From: Candidatus Krumholzibacteriia bacterium
GTDB taxonomy: Bacteria > Krumholzibacteriota > Krumholzibacteriia > JAJRXK01
Reading direction: 5' to 3'
Length of the DNA stretch: 49,904 nt
NCBI GenBank assembly: GCA_041484665.1
Contig: JBGPIA010000026.1
Span: forward strand, 1-49,904
Under the pieces are notes generated by a model. That model ran no database searches, was not told where the DNA came from, and saw only the letters and a program-made list of their open reading frames with translations. The translations under genes were made by a program, and so were the position numbers. Position 1 is the first letter of the stretch. Each line of letters starts with the position of its first letter. Positions 19,821 to 27,757 of this stretch are shown here, one piece after another.

Positions 19821-20180
19821 TCAGCGCCCCAGCCGCTGGGCCAGCCGCGCACGCGCTTCCGGCGCGTCGGCGCACACGTTCAGGATCGCCTCCAGCTGGA
19901 CCACCTGCACCACGCGCAGCACCACATCGGGCACCGCGAACACGGCCAGCGAGCCGCCCAGCTGCTGGCAGCGCGTGAGCAGCCGGATGAGGATGCCGAT
20001 GCCGGCGCTGCTCATGGATTTGATGCCGCTCATGTCCAGCAGCAGCGAGGGTGACTGCTCAGCAATCCGCGATTCCAGGCTCTCCCACAACTGGGTCGAG
20101 CCGAGAGCGTCCAACCGGCCGATCGCCGTGGCCAGGAGCGCGCCCGCCATCTCGGGGTCGGGTCCGCAGGTGACACGCAT
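19821..20180 (-). CDS. STAS domain protein (anti-sigma factor antagonist)
   Basis: GRLDA, LLLDMSGIKSMSSAGIGIL; GGAGG RBS. Confidence 0.88.
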   Translation of the reverse strand: MRVTCGPDPEMAGALLATAIGRLDALGSTQLWESLESRIAEQSPSLLLDMSGIKSMSSAGIGILIRLLTRCQQLGGSLAVFAVPDVVLRVVQVVQLEAILNVCADAPEARARLAQRLGR

Positions 20181-20207
20181 CGAGACACCTCCACCGGGCT
20201 GTGCAGA

Positions 20208-20358
20208 TGTGGAAATGCTCAGGCGCAGGACCGGCGCCTTCCGCACATTCTGAGGAATTCTACAGTCGCGGGCCGACCCGCGCTGCGTCGACACTGTATC
20301 AACTGCTTGGCGGACAATGGAATAGAGATCTTGAAGTGCCGCCGGAACGCGGCTTGCC
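20208..20358 (+). promoter_or_regulatory. Sigma54 promoter: two UAS-like boxes, IHF site, -24/-12 element
   Basis: TGTGGAAATGCTCA 20208 and TGAGGAATTCTACA 20251; TATCAACTGCTTG 20297-20309 matches WATCAANNNNTTR; CCGGAACGCGGCTTGC with GG 20344-45 and GC 20356-57. Confidence 0.75.
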
Positions 20359-20452
20359 TTACTCACCGGCGAAGGAGTCGATCCCGGCAGTGCCCTCCGA
20401 GCGGGCATGCCCCCGGTCTCAGCAAAGCCCAACTCGAGGAGACAGGAACCCC

Positions 20453-21061
20453 ATGACCAACCGTACCATCACCCGCCCCACGTCGAATCCGGCTACGGTG
20501 ACGACGACCGACACCACCACCGAGAGCCGCGGGGAGTTCGGCCCCGGCTACGACGTGTCCAGGCTGACCCCCGCGCAGGTCGCGTCGCTTTCTCCCAGGC
20601 AGGTCCTTCAGCTATCGCCCCGGCAGATCGCCGCTTTCTCGCCCCGGCAGATTGCGTCGCTCTCTCCCCGGCAGATCGCCTCGCTTGCCCCGAAGCAGGT
20701 CCTGTCGCTGGCGCCCAAGCAGATCGCGTCGCTCGCGCCGAAGCAGATCGCCAGCCTGAGCCCCAAGCAGATCGCGTCACTCGCGCCGAAGCAGATCGCG
20801 TCGTTGGCGCCCAAGCAGATCGCCTCGCTTGCCCCGAAGCAGGTCCTGTCGCTGGCGCCAAGGCAGGTGGCCTCGTTCGCTCCGAAGCAGATCCTGGCGT
20901 TCAGCCCCAAGCAGATCGCGTCGCTGGCGCCCAAGCAGGTGGCCTCGCTGGCCCCCAAGCAGATCGCGTCGTTGGCACCGAGGCAGATCGCAGCGCTCAG
21001 TCCCAAGCAGATCGCCCAGCTGTCGCCGGCCGCGGTCGCCAAGTTGCCCACCAGCATGTGA
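20453..21061 (+). CDS. 202-aa protein: 37-aa Thr-rich leader plus 20 tandem octapeptides (L/F)(A/S)P(K/R)Q(I/V)xx
   Basis: Purine-rich RBS (GAGGAG/AGGA); repeats 20564-21043 with synonymous codon variation; own promoter and downstream hairpin. Confidence 0.88.
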   Translation: MTNRTITRPTSNPATVTTTDTTTESRGEFGPGYDVSRLTPAQVASLSPRQVLQLSPRQIAAFSPRQIASLSPRQIASLAPKQVLSLAPKQIASLAPKQIASLSPKQIASLAPKQIASLAPKQIASLAPKQVLSLAPRQVASFAPKQILAFSPKQIASLAPKQVASLAPKQIASLAPRQIAALSPKQIAQLSPAAVAKLPTSM

Positions 21062-21113
21062 CGGCTTGTCTCGCTGCTTGTCGGCAATCCCGGCCACGAT
21101 GGCCTGAGGCAGT

Positions 21114-21139
21114 GCGGGGGGCCCCGATGGGCCCCCCGC
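21114..21139 (+). terminator. Strong hairpin after the repeat-protein gene
   Basis: gcggggggccc-cgat-gggccccccgc, perfect 11-bp stem, weak U tail. Confidence 0.6.
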
Positions 21140-21339
21140 CGCTTGTCTGGTACCCGCTCCACCTCTGCGGGAGCGGGACGCGCCGTGGGATCATCCGTGG
21201 GACCATCCGTGGGGCACGCCACGGGACACGCTGTGGGGTGCGCTCATGGGGTGCGCTCATGGGGTGCGCTCGTGGGAGCGCGCTCGTGGGAGCGCGGTAG
21301 GGCGGGCGGGTGGGGCGGGCTGACGGCGCTCGGCCGACC

Positions 21340-23376
21340 CTACGTCCACCGCCCCGACTCGAACTCCTGGGCCAGGCGCTCCAGATGGCGTGCGTAGCAG
21401 GCGGGGATCTTGCTGAAGCGCGCGCGCAAGGAAGCCGACCGTCGCTGCGGTGACCGGCCGCCATGGCGCAGCGTCGCCAGCGCGTCGCCCAGCAGGCGGT
21501 CGATCTTCCCCTCCACACGACGCGTCGCGCCCGTGCCGCCGGCCAGAGCGCGCGCGGCGGTGCCCACGTCCCAGCGCGCCTCCGCAAGCGCCCTGAGGCA
21601 CTCGCCCTGCAGGTAGTAGGTGAGTCCGCTGCGCGAGACGACCGGGACGCCGCGGCGTCGGGCGGTGAAACGCTTGCGCTCAGCGAGCGCACGCTCCGCC
21701 AGGGCGATGTTGAAGTGGTGGCGGCGCAGCTCCTGCAGGACCCACGGCCCGACCTCGTCCCTGCGGCGGGGTCCCTCGTGGCGGGCTCCAGCCACTCGAT
21801 CGTCGCCGTGGTTCGCTCGATCCTCGCTGTCGGTCCCGCGGTGCTTACCGTCGGCGGTTTGGCGCTCTCCATCGTTCCCGCGGCCCTCACCGTCGGCTGT
21901 TCGGGGCTCACCATCGTTCCCGCGGCCGTCGCCTTCGCCGTCCTCGTCGAGCACGGGGGGTTGGGCCACGCGGAAGCGCGAGAACACCGCGATCACGTGG
22001 TGGTCCTCGATCTCGTCGGCGCCGCGTGCCTGGATCAGCAGCCCGCGTACGAGATTCTGCAGCTCGCGCACGTTGCCCGGGAACGAATAGACGCAGATGC
22101 GGCGCAGTGCGGCCACGCTCACCTTTGGGCGCTGCCGCGACGCCTCGGCGGCGTGCTGATCGAGGATCGCCTCGATCAGCAACGGAATGTCCTCGCGGCG
22201 TTCACGCAGCGGTGGGATGCGGATGGGGAAGACGTTGAGTCGGTAGAACAGGTCCTCGCGGAAGCGGCCGGCCTCGACCTCCTGCAACAGGTCGCGGTTG
22301 CTGGCGGCGATCAGGCGGCTCGCGCAGTCCACCGGCTTCTCGCCGCCGACCGGCGTGAACACTCCCTCCTGCAGCACGCGCAGCAGCTTGACCTGTGACT
22401 GGGGCGGCAGCTCGCCGACCTCGTCGAGGAAGACCGTCCCGCCTCGCGCGCGCTCGAACACCCCGTGATGGCCGCGCACCGCACCGGTGAAGGCGCCTTC
22501 CACGTGCCCGAACAGCTCGCTCTCCAGAAGAGGCTCGGGGATCGCGCCGCAGTTGACCGCCTCGAAGGGCGCGCCCGCCGCGGTGGCGACCTCGTGGATG
22601 ATGGAGGCGAGCAATTCCTTGCCAGTGCCCGACTCGCCCTCCAGCAACACCGGATAGTGCGTGGTCGCTACGCCCACCAGGTCGCTGAGGATGGTGGAGA
22701 TCACGGAACTGCGTCCCACGAAGCGCCGTAGTGGCGCATGGATCTCCTGCGGGTCGATGCTGTCGCGCATCGGCATCAATGCCACGGGGGCGCCGCGCGC
22801 GGGACGCGCGGCGGTCTCGCCGTTCGACGCATCGAGGGAGTGGCTGAGGATCGTGAAGAGGCCTGCCAGCGTCGTGAGCAGCCCCTGCTCGTCGGGGCCG
22901 TAGGGATACGCGCTGACGCGCTCACCCAGCAGCAGCAAGCCTGTCGGCCCTTCACGTCCGTCCAGCACGACGAGCGCGCGCGGGTCGAGCGCTGGCAGAA
23001 TCATCGCGATCCGCCGGCGCCAGGCGGCGGCGTCCGTGGCGGAAAGCAGGCGCACGGCCGCGCCCTCGCGCAGGTCCGCGCGCGCGGGCGCCTCGAGCAC
23101 CACCTCGCGCTGCTGGACGGGATCCTTCCAGGCGCCGAAGGCCTCTACCAGCAGCGCGCGGTCGCGGCCGCTGAGCTCCAGCACCGCGCCGCTGCCAGCC
23201 TCCGTGCTGCCCATGGCCGAGAGCAGGAGCTGGCGCAGCAAGCGATGCGGAGCATCGCCCGGACGGAAGCGGCAGCCAACCTCGACGATGGCGGCGATGG
23301 ACCGCAGGCGCCGGCGGAACACGTCCTGCGCCAAAGGCGCACGGTCGGGCCGGGTGGGGCGTCGCTGCGGAATCAT
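21340..23376 (-). CDS. Sigma54-dependent enhancer-binding protein (GAF-like, AAA+, extended HTH region)
   Basis: GESGTGKE, ESELFGH, GAFTGA, FLDEVGE, FREDLFYRL, FPGNVREL. Confidence 0.95.
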   Translation of the reverse strand: MIPQRRPTRPDRAPLAQDVFRRRLRSIAAIVEVGCRFRPGDAPHRLLRQLLLSAMGSTEAGSGAVLELSGRDRALLVEAFGAWKDPVQQREVVLEAPARADLREGAAVRLLSATDAAAWRRRIAMILPALDPRALVVLDGREGPTGLLLLGERVSAYPYGPDEQGLLTTLAGLFTILSHSLDASNGETAARPARGAPVALMPMRDSIDPQEIHAPLRRFVGRSSVISTILSDLVGVATTHYPVLLEGESGTGKELLASIIHEVATAAGAPFEAVNCGAIPEPLLESELFGHVEGAFTGAVRGHHGVFERARGGTVFLDEVGELPPQSQVKLLRVLQEGVFTPVGGEKPVDCASRLIAASNRDLLQEVEAGRFREDLFYRLNVFPIRIPPLRERREDIPLLIEAILDQHAAEASRQRPKVSVAALRRICVYSFPGNVRELQNLVRGLLIQARGADEIEDHHVIAVFSRFRVAQPPVLDEDGEGDGRGNDGEPRTADGEGRGNDGERQTADGKHRGTDSEDRANHGDDRVAGARHEGPRRRDEVGPWVLQELRRHHFNIALAERALAERKRFTARRRGVPVVSRSGLTYYLQGECLRALAEARWDVGTAARALAGGTGATRRVEGKIDRLLGDALATLRHGGRSPQRRSASLRARFSKIPACYARHLERLAQEFESGRWT

Positions 23377-23648
23377 GGAGGTCCTTGTGGAGCGTCAGGA
23401 CCAGGGCGCCGCGGCCACAGGGCCAGGCCATCGGCGGGAGCCATCCTCCAGTTTACCGGATTCGCCGAGCACGGGTCAACGCGGGCTGCAGCGCGCCGCA
23501 CGATGCTCACCGGGCCGCACGATGCTTAGCGGGCCGCACGATGCTCATCGGGCCACATGGTGATCAGGGGGCGGTGTGGGGGTCGGTGGGCGGCGTGGCG
23601 GCCAACGGGGCCCGCGCGCGGCATCCGCGGCCGCTGCTGTCGTGCGCG

Positions 23649-25529
23649 TCAGTAGCCGATCGCGCAGCCGTCCTTGCGTGACTCGGACGCCCCGGCGTAG
23701 ACACCCGTGAGCGGATCGCGCCAAATCGCCTGGTACCCACCGAACGGCCCGATCGCAGCCACGATGCGATGGCCGCGCTCGGCGAGCTCGCGCTGCACAT
23801 CGGCCGGGACGCCGGACTCGAGGTTGAGCACGCCGCCGTCGCGCATCACCGTGCCCGTCGGCTCGCTGCTGCCGTCGTGGTGGAAGCGCGGAGCGTCGCC
23901 GGCCTCCTGCAGGTTCATGTGCAAGTCGATCAGGTTCACCAGGACCTGCACGTGCCCCTGCGGCTGCATGCCGCCGCCCATCACGCCAAAAGCGAGCAGC
24001 GGCTTGTCGTCCTTGGTGACGAACGCCGGGATGATCGTGTGGAAGGGCCGCTTGCCCGGCTCCAGCCGGTTGGGGTGCCCAGCCGCGAGGGCGAACAGGG
24101 CACCACGGTTCTGCAGCCCGAAGCCCAGCTCCGGGATGACGTAGCCGCTGCCGAAGCCGGAGTAATTGCTCTGGATCAGCGAGACCATCATTCCGCTGCT
24201 ATCTGCGGCGCACAGGTAGGTGGTGTCGGACTCGTCGAGACGCGCGAGTTGGTGCGCGTCCCGCAGCGGGTCAGGCCGGGCTGGCACCGGCTGCCGGGGC
24301 GCCGGCCGGGGTGCCGGCCGGGGTGCCGGCAGGGCCGCCACCGGCTGCCGGGGCGCCACTTGCGACGACGGCAGAGCCGATGTCTGCGGCCGGCCGGCTT
24401 CCACCGTCTTTGCGGCGCGCGCCATGTCGATCAGGCGGACGCGCTGGCGCGCGTACTCCTTGGAGAGCAGGTCTTGCACGGGGATGTGCGCCGTCGCTGG
24501 ATCGGCGTAATAGCGCGCGCGGTCCTCGTAGGCCAGCTTCTTGGCTTCGATCAAGACGTGCCAGAAGTCCGCGGATTGCCGCCCCATCTTCGCCAGGTCG
24601 AAGCCCTCCAACATGTTGAGGATCTGCAGCGCCGCCAGCCCCTGACCGTTGGGTGGGAGCTCCCACACGGTGTAGTCGCGGTAGCTGGTCGAGATGGGAT
24701 CGTCCCAGGTGGATTTGTGCTCGTGGAAGTCGCGCAGTGTGAAGAAGCCGCCGTTGGTGTCGCTGTAGCGCACGATGGCCTGCGCGATGGGGCCGTCGTA
24801 GTAAGCGTCACGCCCGCCCCGTGCAAGGGTGCGCAGCGTCTGCGCCAGCGACGGATTGCGGAAGATCTCCCCTTCGCGCGGCGCGCGTCCTTGCGGCAGG
24901 AATACAGCGGCGAACCCCGGCTTGTCCTTGAAGGCGCGCCCGCCACGATCCCAGTAGTACGCGATGACCTGGGTGAGAGGGAATCCCTCCTCGGCGGCGC
25001 GGATCGCCGGCGCGAGCACGCGCTCCATGGATAGCTTCCCGAAGCGCTCGTGCAGGGCGAACCACCCATCGGCGCAGCCGGGCACCGTCCATGCGAACGG
25101 CGAGTAGAGCGGGATCGTCCCGTCGGGCAGTGGCTTCACCTGCTCGGCGGTGAGCTTGAACGGTGCGCGACCGCTGCCGTTGAGGCCGTTGAGGCGTCCA
25201 CTGCGCGGGTCCCAGACGATGGCGAACAGGTCGCCGCCCAGACCGCATGAGATCGGCTCGGTGACGGCGAGCATCGCATTCATGGCGATCGCCGCGTCCG
25301 CTGCGCTGCCGCCCGCGCGTAGGACCTGCAGACCGGCCTCAGCGGCCAATGGCTGCGCGCAGGCCACCATGCCGTGGCGCGCGTAGACCACCGAGCGCGT
25401 CGCATCGTTGCGGCCGGTGATGCGGTCGCCGGCGAGGGCATCACCGGGACAGCCCAGCAGTCCAGCCAGCGCGAGCGCACTAAGGAGAGCGGCGCAACCC
25501 CGGGGAGATCGCCGCGGGCAGGAGGTCAT
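23649..25529 (-). CDS. ggt: Gamma-glutamyltransferase
   Basis: Signal peptide, CGLGGDLF, SDTTYL (nucleophile Thr), LIQSNY, PGKRPFHTIIP, GVMGGGMQPQGH. Confidence 0.93.
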   Translation of the reverse strand: MTSCPRRSPRGCAALLSALALAGLLGCPGDALAGDRITGRNDATRSVVYARHGMVACAQPLAAEAGLQVLRAGGSAADAAIAMNAMLAVTEPISCGLGGDLFAIVWDPRSGRLNGLNGSGRAPFKLTAEQVKPLPDGTIPLYSPFAWTVPGCADGWFALHERFGKLSMERVLAPAIRAAEEGFPLTQVIAYYWDRGGRAFKDKPGFAAVFLPQGRAPREGEIFRNPSLAQTLRTLARGGRDAYYDGPIAQAIVRYSDTNGGFFTLRDFHEHKSTWDDPISTSYRDYTVWELPPNGQGLAALQILNMLEGFDLAKMGRQSADFWHVLIEAKKLAYEDRARYYADPATAHIPVQDLLSKEYARQRVRLIDMARAAKTVEAGRPQTSALPSSQVAPRQPVAALPAPRPAPRPAPRQPVPARPDPLRDAHQLARLDESDTTYLCAADSSGMMVSLIQSNYSGFGSGYVIPELGFGLQNRGALFALAAGHPNRLEPGKRPFHTIIPAFVTKDDKPLLAFGVMGGGMQPQGHVQVLVNLIDLHMNLQEAGDAPRFHHDGSSEPTGTVMRDGGVLNLESGVPADVQRELAERGHRIVAAIGPFGGYQAIWRDPLTGVYAGASESRKDGCAIGY

Positions 25530-25828
25530 GACGCCGGGATCGTATCGGTCCGCAGCTGGCCAATCAAGGACGTCCGTGGCCGAAGCGACCCCGGCCAGCC
25601 CGCGCCGGGCTCTCACCACGGGGGCGCGCGGTGGGCCCACGCCTCGGGCGCGGGCCAGGTGGAGCAGGGGTGCAAGGCGGGTCCGCGCGGCGGGTGCAGT
25701 GCACGTGGTACGGGGGCGCGCGGCGGGTCCGCCGACGCCGTCGGTGCCCGGCCCGTTCCTTGCGCTGCAGGGCAGGGGTTGTCTATGGTGTCGACGGCGG
25801 CGGCGAGTCACCCCTCAAGGAGGCGTCC

Positions 25829-26431
25829 ATGCGTCGACCGGTCAGGCCTGCGGCCACAGCGATCCTGGCGCTGGCCGCGCTGATGATCTCCACGGGGGCC
25901 ATGGTGCCCCGGCCGGCTGCCGCGCAGGGCGAGGCGCCCTCCGGGGGACCGCCCCCGCCGTCGGAGGTCCTGGCGCAAGCCAGCCAGCAGCCGAAGGAGC
26001 CGCTCGTGCAGAGGACGCACGAGGAGATCAGCCAGCTCTACCTGAAGCAGCAGTCCAAGTTCATGAGCCCTTACTGTCCTGGACTGGTGCTGCGCGACTG
26101 CACGTCGTCGGGCGCGGCCGCGCTGCGTGAGCAGTTCCGCGCGTGGCTCACCGAGGGCCACAGCGAGGCATGGATCGCCACCACGATGATCGCCACCTAC
26201 GGCGAGACGATCCTCGCCGCGCCGCCGTTCCGCGGCGCTGCGATCGTCGTGTGGCTCGCGCCGGGGATCGCGCTGCTCATTGGCGCGGTGCTGCTCGTGC
26301 GTTTCCTGCAGGGCCAGTGGAAGCGCCAGCGTGAGCTGGATGCCGCCAACGTTTCGGCGCCCCGACGTCCCGCGCTGGACCCGGAGCTCGAGCGCCGGCT
26401 CGAGCAGGAAGTCCAGGCGCGGCTGCGCTAG
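25829..26431 (+). CDS. ccmH: Cytochrome c biogenesis CcmH/NrfF-like protein
   Basis: Signal peptide, MSPYCPG..LRDC, YGETILAAPP, WLAP TM; AAGGAGG RBS. Confidence 0.75.
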   Translation: MRRPVRPAATAILALAALMISTGAMVPRPAAAQGEAPSGGPPPPSEVLAQASQQPKEPLVQRTHEEISQLYLKQQSKFMSPYCPGLVLRDCTSSGAAALREQFRAWLTEGHSEAWIATTMIATYGETILAAPPFRGAAIVVWLAPGIALLIGAVLLVRFLQGQWKRQRELDAANVSAPRRPALDPELERRLEQEVQARLR

Positions 26432-26433
26432 CG

Positions 26434-26844
26434 ATGGACTCCGCGGACCCGCTCGACCCGGTCGACTCCGTCAATCGGATCTTCCTTGTTGCCGCCTGCA
26501 TCCTTGGCTTCCTCGGCGTGACGGCCGCTGCGTTTGGCGCTCACGCGCTGGCGCAGCGCGTGACGGCGCAGCGACTAGCCGCCTTCGAGACCGGCTCGCG
26601 CATCCAGCTGTTCCACGCCCTGGCGCTGCTGGCGGCCACGGCCATCCGCGCGCGCTGGCCAGGGCGTGCGGCCACCGCAGCTTGCTGGCTGTTCGTGGCG
26701 GGGATCGTGCTCTTCGCCGGCAGCCTCTACCTGCTCGTGCTGCTCGATCTCCCGGCCCTGGGCGCAATCACGCCCGCCGGGGGCGCTTGCTTGCTGGGGG
26801 GCTGGCTGGCGCTGGCGATCGCCGTCGGGCGCGCTCCGCGCTGA
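26434..26844 (+). CDS. DUF423 membrane protein
   Basis: AAFGAHAL, QLFHALALL, LFAGSLY, GAITPAGG. Confidence 0.9.
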   Translation: MDSADPLDPVDSVNRIFLVAACILGFLGVTAAAFGAHALAQRVTAQRLAAFETGSRIQLFHALALLAATAIRARWPGRAATAACWLFVAGIVLFAGSLYLLVLLDLPALGAITPAGGACLLGGWLALAIAVGRAPR

Positions 26845-27559
26845 CCGGTCCCGGCCCGCCGGCTCCTTCCTGCGCGTCGACCAGAGCGCGCGCCTGCGCG
26901 AAGACCGCGTTCCACATCGCCCGCGTCAGCTTGCCGGTATTGGTGTTCTGGCGGCTGGGATGGTAGCTCTGGAGCACCGGCGGCAACCCCGGCAGGCGGA
27001 CGAGCTGCCCGTGGGCGAAGGCGGGACGGGGACGCGGGACCGTGCCGCCCAACTGAGCAGCGGCCCGCAGCCACGCTTCCCACGCAATCCGCCCCAGCAC
27101 GACCACGAGCTGCGGGCGCAGCAGCTCGATCTCGCGCACCAGGAAGGGGCGGCAACGGTCCAGCTCCACGGGCGCGGGCTTGTTGCCGGGTGGCGCGCAC
27201 CGCGCCGCAGCGCTGATGACGCAGTCGCGAAGCTGCAGGCCGTCGTCTCGCGCGGCCGACCCGGGCTGCGTGGCGAAGCCGAAACGATGGAGCGCCGCGT
27301 AGAGCCAACTCCCGGAGCTGTCGCCGGTAAACATGCGCCCCGTGCGATTGGCGCCGTGGGCGGCGGGAGCGAGCCCGATAACCAGCAGGCGCGCGGGCGG
27401 ACGCCCGAAGGCGGGGACCGGCTTGCCCCAGTAGGTCCAGTCCCGGTAGAGCGGACGGCGCTCCCGCGCAACGCGCGCGCAATAACCGCGCAGCCTTGGG
27501 CAGCGGTCGCACGCGATGACCTCGCGCTGGATCTGCTCGAACGCGTCGGTGCGCCGCAT
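26768..27559 (-). CDS. Uracil-DNA glycosylase, family 5 (UdgB-like, Fe-S)
   Basis: CDRCPRL, GLAPAAHGANRTGRMFTGD, RCAPPGNKP, YHPSRQNT. Confidence 0.92.
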   Translation of the reverse strand: MRRTDAFEQIQREVIACDRCPRLRGYCARVARERRPLYRDWTYWGKPVPAFGRPPARLLVIGLAPAAHGANRTGRMFTGDSSGSWLYAALHRFGFATQPGSAARDDGLQLRDCVISAAARCAPPGNKPAPVELDRCRPFLVREIELLRPQLVVVLGRIAWEAWLRAAAQLGGTVPRPRPAFAHGQLVRLPGLPPVLQSYHPSRQNTNTGKLTRAMWNAVFAQARALVDAQEGAGGPGPVSAERARRRSPAPASPPASKRPRRA

Positions 27560-27757
27560 GCGGCAAAACTACCACAGCATGCGGCACGGGCAGGCTGCTT
27601 TCGGGGGCCCACAGCGCGAGCAAGCGCCTGTCCGGACGCTGCGTGGCGATGGTACACTCAGCTGGTGACCGCGGCGTGCCCGAAGCCTGCCCGTCCGCGG
27701 CCTTTCCTGCGCCCGTTCGCCCCAGCCTTGACCCAGAAACCACGCCGAGGGAACGCG

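Noticed and set aside
20564..21043. Repeat array as CRISPR or TAL-effector repeats
   Set aside because: 24-nt in-frame units with no spacers and no cas genes; only LTPxQV resembles TAL, and the 34-aa period is absent
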